Assembly: GCF_001194135.2 (NCBI RefSeq)
Contig: NC_068984.1
Location: forward strand, 122,033,209-122,090,776
Length of the DNA stretch: 57,568 nucleotides
Origin: Octopus bimaculoides
Lineage: Eukaryota
Direction: 5' to 3'
Shown here: one piece after another, positions 48,932-57,568 of the stretch
Position numbering within the stretch: the first letter of the stretch is position 1
How the letters are laid out: each line of letters begins with the position of its first letter
Notes under the pieces: generated by a model
The model's database searches: none
The model's input: the letters and a program-made list of their open reading frames with translations, nothing else
Told to the model about the DNA's origin: nothing
Position numbers and translations under genes: made by a program

Positions 48932-49218
48932 TAGAGAAAGGAAAATATAGGGAGTGGAAAATCCCTGAGCACATAACTGATACACATTTTGTGAAAACTA
49001 GAACAATAAAAGCTACTGTAAACCCTCATTGGATTTCAACTTTAAATACAGAGAGACAAAAATAAAATTGAAATTTAGCATAACACACTACCATTTCTTT
49101 CAGAACACTACTGTAGACACATTGATATATCTGTAAATATATTAGCATGTAGTAATATGGAGGAAAACGGTTGTATTTCAATTTGAATAAAAAGCTTTTG
49201 CTGCTTCAAAATTATTAA

Positions 49219-49438
49219 CCCTTGAGCATTTAAACTGGCCGTATCTGGCTCAAATATTCTACTTGTTTTATGTTCAAACTGGCCAGATCTGGCCTCTCAC
49301 AGTTACCCTACAAAGTCAGTCTAAGAATAAACACTCATATCATTCAAATCTCAAAGCCAAGAGATAATGCATAATTAATTCAAAACAATGTGAATAAATA
49401 AGGATTACATTTGACAGAGGAATCTAAATGTTAAAGGG
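49219..49438 (-). mobile_element. TTAA-targeting MITE, family 1
   Basis: ttaa|CCCTTGAGCATT...AATGTTAAAGGG|ctaa. Confidence 0.8.
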
Positions 49439-50614
49439 CTAAAGAATGGGAAATGAATTGTAATATTTTACCATTATTAACGAAGCAGAAATCTCTTTTA
49501 TACTAGGCATAATACTATGAGAACAAATTTTTTTTCCCCATTCTCTTCCTTCTCCTTGGATAGAAGATATTTAAATGCGATGAATGTTTCCATTGGAGTA
49601 GGGGAAAAAAATTTTCACCCTTGTTTTTTCTAGCTCATTCTCTGGGCCACTGTTTGTACTGTTGCTATCAAGCAGAGAAATATTGCATGACCAATACTTT
49701 TCAAAGAATAGTAAATGCCCATAATGGTCTCAGATAACAGTAAGAGTTCTACAGGCAGGTGTGTAACATGTACTTGGAGGATGGCTTAAAGGCTGGCTTC
49801 TTCATTCTTCACAATTCAGCCACTTCCAAGTGTTTTTTACTAGTATGCCAGTTTATTTTGACTCCCTAGACTATGAGTTTAAATTCCATTCAGGATTAAT
49901 AAAAAATAGAAAAGCACTAATTTAGGATGATAAATTGATGAAACAATTAGAGAGTTGAGTATGATGTCTTCTGGCATCTGTTTCAGCTCTTTGCATTTTG
50001 ACAGCAAAACCTGCACCAATATCAATGCCAAGCCATATGCTGTATCAAATCAAGTCGGTAGCCTTTCCTTTGGATTGATATCAGTGGTACAAAGAGAAGA
50101 AACTTGCATGTATAGGCAACTGCCAAGACTCTTCTCTCTATACAAAACTATTAGAAAGCTGAGTCAGATTCTCTGTAATATCTCTTCCAGCTCTTTGACA
50201 AGAAATCCTGCAATGATACTGGTGTCGAGTAGCATCAGTCAAAGTCAGCAGCCTTTGACTTAGATAAACATCAGTGGCAGGGACGGAGGAGGCTTGCATA
50301 TATTGGCAACTACCCGTCTTCCTTTAAAAATTTGCCTATGCTTACATGTACAAGTGCAGGGGCACGAGGAATCTTGACCACATACAAGTGTATGCCTGTA
50401 CAGTTTATTTCAAACTGGATACATCAATCTGTAGCAGTGCCAGACCAGATATGTCAGGAAATTGTCCATATTTCTGTATTTGAAATTCATTTGTAAAATG
50501 CTGAGCAAATCTCTCTTATTGATGTTCAAAATGTCTTTGGGCCACTGTCATTCTCACATTGTTTGTTCTCTAAAGAATGTGAGGTTGAACATTTTACACT
50601 CATTAACTAGGTGA

Positions 50615-51180
50615 CCTAATTAACAGTGGAGAAGGAAGTTCTAAAAGCATAATTGCTAGAATAAGAACAGGATGGATAACGTTCAGAAAGCTGTTGCAAC
50701 TGTTGGTCATGAAAGGTTTCTCTCACAGAGTGAAAGGCAGACTGTTTGATGCTTGTGTACAAACAGTGATGCAACTTGGTAGTGAAATATGGGCTGTGCA
50801 TGCAGAGGATATGTGAGAACTAGAAACAGATGAAGCAAGCATGCTTTGCTGGATGTGCAGTGTCAGTATGCTTATGCAACAAAGTGCAAACATTTAGAGA
50901 GGAAAAAAGCTGAGCATGAGAGTTATCAGATGTAGTATACAAGAGAGAAGACTGTGTTGGTATGGTCATGTATGTGTATGGATAAAAACAGCTGCTTAAA
51001 GAAGTGACGGTTTGTAAATGTGGATAGGACTTGTGGAAGAGAGAGACCAGGAAGACATGGGACAAAGTAGTGAAGGCTCACCTCAGAATGTTGAGCCTTG
51101 TGGAAGAGATGACAAAGAAATGAGATGTCTGCCAATTCAATGTATTCAAGAAGAACTGTCCACTCCAGCAAACATGAGGT
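50615..51180 (+). mobile_element. RTE-clade LINE 3' fragment (decayed ORF)
   Basis: ...RTGWITFRKL...KGFSHRVKGRLFDACV...GSEIWAV...E.SMLCWMC...RRLCWYGH... motifs of the RTE ORF C-terminus. Confidence 0.85.
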
Positions 51181-52018
51181 CCTAAAAACATATAATTTTG
51201 TCTATGATCCCATATTCAAGCCACTACTTCTTCATTCAACCTGTAAGATATAGCAGTTAAATGTCCCCCACAAATTTCACTAATATTTGTTTCTCTTATT
51301 GCCCAAGTCTGCACCAGTTTGCAATGTTCTACTTCAATTTCCGCTCAACCGCAGTGTTAGTCTCAAGAATCACTTTAATTAATAAGCAAAACAGCAATGA
51401 AAATTTAGAATTTCTGATGCTTGTATCCTACCAGTGGAACTTGGTTCTGAACTGTGACTGTTTCCTTTTAAGAAAGCTGTAAACAATTGAGGTGAAAAAG
51501 AAGAACAAAAATATTAGTAGAAAGTCTCATGGGAACTTCTTCCTTTGATTACTGAAATACAACACACACATACACACGCACACATCACCCACACCACACA
51601 CATCATCCACACCACACAAACATACACATGCATACATAGATACATTTATATACAAATATAATGCTTATATATATATGCACATACATATCTTTCAAAATGT
51701 ATACCAACTCATATACATACAGATACATACTCTAACACATATACACAACTTACTGTATATGAATGTATATATGTATGTGCATATGGTGTGTGTGTGTATA
51801 TATATATATATACAAATATATGTACATATTGCAGTAAATATGTATATGTGTGTGTGTCTCTGTGGCATTGGTTCAATTAATCCAATGAACTAGGACATAT
51901 TGTGTAATGTTTAAAGAATATGTTCACACATAGACATTCTTTTCATTCAACAAGCTTTTTTTGGTCTGACTATATTACAGTTGGACAAACTAAACGTCGC
52001 ATATGTGAATGTGTGTGT

Positions 52019-52076
<58 letters not shown>

Positions 52077-52248
52077 TAAAGGGGTACATGTATGCCAGCA
52101 TGTGATTCATACATAGAGGGTCTATGCATGTGTGTAGCGGAAGTGTTTGTTTGTACGTCTGAATATATATACTGGTGTGTGTGTGTGTGTGTGTGTGCGT
52201 GTGCACGTGTGCACGTATGCGTGTGTGTGTGTATGCGCGTGCGTGCCT

Positions 52249-52297
<49 letters not shown>

Positions 52298-52574
52298 AGA
52301 TGTATCCTTGTGTTTCTGTATGAGTATGTATGCCTATGCGAAAGGGAGAGAGAGAAAAAGCAGGTGAGAGAGAAGAGGGAATATTTCATTTTATTGATCA
52401 GTTAGGACAAGAGCATGCAGTGCCCACAGCCTTGTTTTGGTAGTTCAAAGATTAACAAAAAAAGAAAAAAGAAAGAAAGGAAAAGGCAATCAGATAAGGA
52501 GTGAAATTGTAAGAAGAAAAAAGAAACAAATAAATCTGATAAATAAATGAATAAATTAAACCTCAGACAAGCTA

Positions 52575-52800
52575 GTGTCACATAAGATAAATAAGCTCAA
52601 CAAATGTAAGTTAGTCTTAACAAAAAAAAAAGTGAGACTCAACAAAGATAAGTGAAGCTAAGTAAAGATAGGCATGGCTCAGCAAAGATGAATCAAGCTC
52701 TGTACAGATAAATAGGACTCACAAACTAAAAGTGAATCTTAGGAAAGATAATCGAGTTTCAACAAAGATAATCAAATCACATTAAAGATAAATGAGCAAC
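52575..52800. repeat. 20-bp-period degenerate minisatellite rich in AGATAA
   Basis: AGATAR at 52585, 52646, 52666, 52706, 52746, 52766 and 52786. Confidence 0.75.
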
Positions 52801-53084
52801 AGCACACTAGAAGTAACTAGATTCTTTATGATTGCTTGAAATATTGGGTCTCACTATCCCTAAGGATCTCTCTTGGCCAAACTAAGAAGGATCCTCAGGG
52901 AGACTTAACATCATTAACATCGCTAGAACCACAGCTCAGCAACTTGGCTCTTCTCTTTAGCCTTCACTTTCTACAAAGTGTAGGTCACCAAATATTCTTC
53001 TGTTCTCAAATCTGGGCTGCTTTTCAGCTTCTCTCCAATTGATCCCTGTTTTTTCAACTCTACCTCAGTATCCTGCATGCTTAT

Positions 53085-53295
53085 GGAGGTGTGTGGTGTA
53101 GTGGTTAGGGTGTTGGACTCGTGATCATAAGATTGTGGTTTCGATTCTTGGCTCAAGCTACATATTGTGTTCTTGAGCAAAACATTTCGTTTCACATTGC
53201 TCAAGTCTGCTCAGCTGGCAAAAATGCATAATCCAGTGATGAATGAAGAATATATATGCCATGGAAACCAGGAAACCAGCCCTTATGGGTTGGCA
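53085..53295 (+). mobile_element. tRNA-derived SINE, second head type
   Basis: GTGTAGTGGTTAGGG A-box, GGTTTCGATTC B-box, GTGTTCTTGAGCAAAACATTT. Confidence 0.7.
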
Positions 53296-53729
53296 TGATT
53301 CAGGAAGGAAATTTTTATCCTGCATGTTTCCCTAAGAAAAGGCCTTCCTTTCCCAGAACTTGCTGGTTTTGAATTGTTATCAACACCTCTGTAACTTTGC
53401 TTTTTTTCTAGATAAGGGTGTTAGCCCTATGAAAACCTATTTTTGCCTCTGGGTAGAGATAATCCATATTAGTCTGGCCTCTGTCCTTTGACCTGTCCAG
53501 CATGGGAGGCCCTACAAGGAGCTTATGCACCACTGACATTGCTCTGATAGTCATTGTGGTGCACAAACCACCACATTATAACAAGGACCAACTTCGTAGT
53601 GACAGAAGACACTACAGTTATCATTATTCAGCCCCAACACCTCTACAAAACATAAATGAAGGTCTCAATGGAATATTACTTCCACATCTACAATAGGGCT
53701 CCAAGGCTGGTACAATTGATGCAGTTCAT

Positions 53730-54130
53730 GTTCAACTGTGAGTCAACTACTGTTGAAAAATAGTGAATGGAAGGGAATTCTAGATGGCTGACAAATTAGG
53801 AAGGAAGAAAATAGGTATAGCAGTTAATCCTGGGGTGAAGAGTGACAGGGTTTCAGTGGTGAGAGAAAGAAAGACAGTTGTCTCCAGTAGGTTTAGGTGG
53901 AGGTGGTATGCAATCAATTATCTCTGAGAAACAGCAACTTTTCTAATAGCAGAAGAAACGGCAGAATAGAAAAACACATGTCCAAGAAAGTGATTGAAGT
54001 GTGCTGCAGAGTTAGTCTTTGGTAATTAGATTTTTGTTGGATGCAGACTAGAATGTTTGTATTTGTAGGAGCAGCATCTTCTCAGATTTGGGAACAATAC
54101 TCCATTCCTAGTATTACTTGATCTTTTTAG
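53730..54130 (-). mobile_element. L2/CR1-clade LINE 3' fragment
   Basis: Minus QVILGMEYCSQI*EDAAPTNTNILVCIQQK, same motif as 20450-20560. Confidence 0.65.
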
Positions 54131-56439
54131 AAAGTTAATGACTGTTTAGAGCTGATATATTCCTTAGCTCTGACGGACAAAGCAGGTCTTTAGGACTGTT
54201 TTTATTCTGTTTTGAATGTGAAATCATTGGATGATATTGTCAGTGATTATGCACCCTTGTATTTTTAACAATGTTGAGTTTTTTAATTGCATGTTGCCTA
54301 AGCTCTATAGAGGGCAAGAAACAAGATTTTCTTCTTGATGTATGCAGTGAACGTTTTGAGTTGTAGACAGAGATGACACTGATTTGCAGCTGCATTAATT
54401 TCAGCAGCCTGAGAAGGCCAAAGAAAGTTACGGACAGTACCCTGCTTCATCAAACTAAATAAAAACATGAAGGAGCCTCTGTAAAGTTGTTCACCCAACC
54501 AGAAATAGCTGTATTATTAAGTCTTATGGATAAACATATTGGAACACTGTGTGAAGTACAAGTTTGAGAGTTCAATTCTGACCTAATATATTTTGAAGAC
54601 ATGTACAGAAACTGAGCAAACAGTACCATTGATAATGAAGATAATGTTAACAGTACTAAGAAAAATTCATTCCATCAATATTCCAAAGTAAAATTAAACT
54701 TGTTTCCTAGTTTCCATGAAGTAAACCCAAGACTGATGATCCAAGTTAGCACAAGTTAAAACTTAGCTCTATATTTCTGGCCCATCACAATACAAAACCA
54801 AACCATACATGTATAACCCTAATCTTATACACTTAAGAGGTGAGTGAAGTGTTACTTTGCCACAGCAGTTCATCTGATTAAAGACATGTGAGATTTAGCA
54901 ATAATCACCCAAACACTACTTACCTTTAATACCTTTTAATTGAGCCATTAAAGAATTATCCATGTTCATCTGTTCAACATTATTATCCATATTGATTTAG
55001 TCTGGTCTGTGTTAGTCTGTTGCTGCATACTTTGGCAGTCTGTTAGACATCGGTTTTTAACTGTAATATAGAGGTGATAGTTGAGATGCTGCTACACACA
55101 CACACAAACATACTAGACTTCATAAAGAAAGATCATTCAGCTTATTAAGAAAGATTCTGTAACCCATACTCCACAACCACTAGCTACAAGATGTGCTGTT
55201 TCTTCTCTCTGTTACTTTTACTTCTACTGCAATGGTTACAGCATCTTTCAAACAACAACCTGCACACTTGTCTTCATATAGGCCCACCACATCAAATTCA
55301 CATCTTCCTTATTCCATTTTCCTTATCATCTCTGCTCTGTCTTGCTTCTCAGACCCCTTGCATAGAACACTTCCCAATCATTCATCTCCAGAATTCCAAC
55401 TCTGTAGAATCTTCTCCCTGGGTATGTTTCTTTCTTCTGCAGGGTGTAACCTACAGATATTGAAACTGAACAAAATACTGCATCAGTCCTATCAGTCTGC
55501 TGGTGATGGTGGTGGTGGTGGAACTGCCCATCTCTACAGACTAATTAAAAATGATAAAAAAATAGTAAAGAACCTTTTCTCTGGTCTGTCTCTCTTACTT
55601 CTGAATTAATCATTCCAGAGGCCAGAGCATTCAAAAGGAACTTTACAACATGGAACAAGGTCCCAATCTCCTCCACAGCAGAAAGGAATTCTTTCAAAAT
55701 TTAAGGGATCTGTGAGGTATTTATTTTTTCAAGTGAGATTCATCAGATATTCTTAGGCCTCTCTTAGCTCTTCTTTCTTATAGGCTTTGTTACCAAGTGG
55801 TTTCAGGTTCCAATTCACTGAGCAAGGTTGACCGATGTTCTCTGAGTGAAATTCAGTAGACAGAAGTCTAATGTGTGTGTAAGAGAGTGTGCATGTGTGC
55901 GTGCGTGTGTGCCTGTGTTTGTATGCATATGTATTTGTTGTTTCAGCATGTCTTCTCATCAACAGAATTTGAACTTAGGTGTAATTGTTTGCTTCTATAA
56001 ACATTATGCTTTCTGGACCAGCAGCAGTTTCAGCAATTTCATTGTTTGAAAAGCAGTGGAATAAAATTTTTTTTAAATGCCTTGGCATTGAGAAAGGCAT
56101 CCAACTATAGTATACTACCTAAATAAATCTTGTCCAACTTATACCAGTGTGGAAAAAGCAGATGTAAAAACTACAATAATGATGTATGATAAAAACGAAC
56201 ATGGGAAACATGATACCAGGACACACTTTTATAAATTTTACACATAAGTACAATATTAAATTAAATAGCTTTACACGAAATGCCATAAAAAGTTAGCTTG
56301 TAAGTGCTCCTTGCAGTCAATATACTAATTTGAACTTAACTATTATGTTTCATGCACATGGTATCATAGAATTATATATTTTCTAAACAATCCTATTTTC
56401 CAACAGAAACTATTGTACAATCTTTTAATCTTTACTGAT

Positions 56440-57152
56440 TTTCTCATCTCTACTTTGGCAACAGTCACATGGCTAGAGTTAGGCTAAAAATCAGCTCAGA
56501 AAAGACAAAAGTCATGCCAGTGAAGGAAGAAAACCCTATTAAAATACAACATGCAGATGAAACTGAGAGGTACATCTGTTTGGGTAGCATCATTTCCAAC
56601 AGGGGTGATACAGAGCATGACATGCTGAGCAGAATTGGAAAAGCAGGCTCTGTCTTTAGAAGGCTAAGAAACATCTGGGAATTTAATCAGACAAATCTTA
56701 AGAAGCAAGATAGTTTTGTACAATTCTTTGGTGGTCCCTGTCACCATCTATGCTACTGGAACAGGACTTTTTCACAAACTCAATGTATTCCACTAGAGGT
56801 GCTTCTGAAAAGCTTCTTAACATCTCTTGGCAGAACAGAATAACCAACGAAGAAGTCTATGGGAGAACTAAGCAGAAACTACTGAGCATAACAGTGAAAG
56901 ATCATTGTCTGAGGTTTCTTGGACATGTCTTTAAAATACCATCAACAAGTCAACTAAAGTTCTCCCTCGATTGAAAAAGCCAGAAGATGGGAAAAGGAAA
57001 TGTGGACACCAATAAATAACATGGAAGAGGATAGTTCTGAAGGATCTAGATGCAGAAGAGCTGGAAGGATGCCAAATCTCTTGCAGAAGACCACAGAGGA
57101 GGGAGATCTTTTGCTGCTGCCCAATGTTCCACATAGAATTTGAGGAACTAAC
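56440..57152 (+). mobile_element. RTE-clade LINE 3' fragment including the 3' end
   Basis: LKISSEKTKVM...LGSIISNRG...RIGKAGSVFRRLRNIW...NISWQNRITNEEV...LRFLGHV; ends ...TTCCACATAGAATTTGAGGAACTAA. Confidence 0.9.
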
Positions 57153-57279
57153 TTTGGTAACATCTACAGAGATTATATGTTTCTGATGAGGGTATAAAAC
57201 CAAAAGATATTGTGAGTTGACACTTGTAATTAGGGACAAAAATAAAAATAATATTACTATTTCCCTTGCTGTTTCTGCT

Positions 57280-57510
57280 TTTTTCTATCTTCTTTTCCTT
57301 GTTTTGGTCATAGGATTGTGGTTATGCTGGGGCACATCTTTAAAAGATTTGGGTTAAATTAATTGCCCCCCCCCCCAATCCAGTACTTCTTTATCTTTTT
57401 AAGCCTGGTATTTATTTTATTGTTTTCTTTTTCCAAACAGCTTGATTATGAGGGTGTAAACAAACCAACACCAGTTGTCAAGTGGTGGGGGTTGGGAACA
57501 CAGACATAAT
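57280..57510 (-). mobile_element. Old CORE-like SINE tail A
   Basis: AAGCCTGGTATTTATT...CCAACACCAGTTGTCAAGTGGTG...ACACAGAC. Confidence 0.6.
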
Positions 57511-57568
57511 GACAGACATATATAGATAAGCACACATATTACATATATACATATGCATATGCATACAT

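Noticed and set aside
49955-50263. 102-aa plus ORF and a protein-like antisense frame
   Set aside because: No recognisable domain or splice support, and the antisense frame has stops.
53085-53165. tRNA gene
   Set aside because: A/B boxes are present but there is no complete cloverleaf and it continues into a SINE body; all tRNA-like heads in the window are SINE-derived.
55193-55609. 138-aa plus ORF or exon after the strong acceptor at 55441
   Set aside because: Pyrimidine-rich antisense of a probable decayed RTE 3' end; no recognisable product.

Overview
AT-rich, microsatellite-saturated animal genomic DNA from a short-read assembly with many N gaps, most of them at (TA)n/(CA)n tracts. The SINE repertoire strongly suggests an octopod cephalopod (Octopus); this is inferred from recalled repeat consensi, not from a search. 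Most of the window is decayed mobile DNA: dozens of tRNA-derived SINEs (CORE-like, Meta-domain-like and RTE-tailed), RTE, L2/CR1-clade and restriction-like-endonuclease LINE fragments, Penelope-like remnants, hAT and TTAA (piggyBac-type) MITEs, and a near-complete but disrupted Chapaev3-like transposase at 42.1-44.2 kb. No host protein-coding gene can be named with confidence, and nearly all listed ORFs are microsatellite or gap artefacts. Highlights: (1) a well-formed CpG-retaining Pol II promoter (TATA, CCAAT, two inverted TCACGTGA E-boxes) whose GCCATG runs straight into a 365-N gap, so a small gene is probably hidden there; (2) five minimal hammerhead-ribozyme-like cores in Penelope-like ends, one nearly intact; (3) a 166-aa Cys-rich orphan ORF; (4) several long DNA palindromes.
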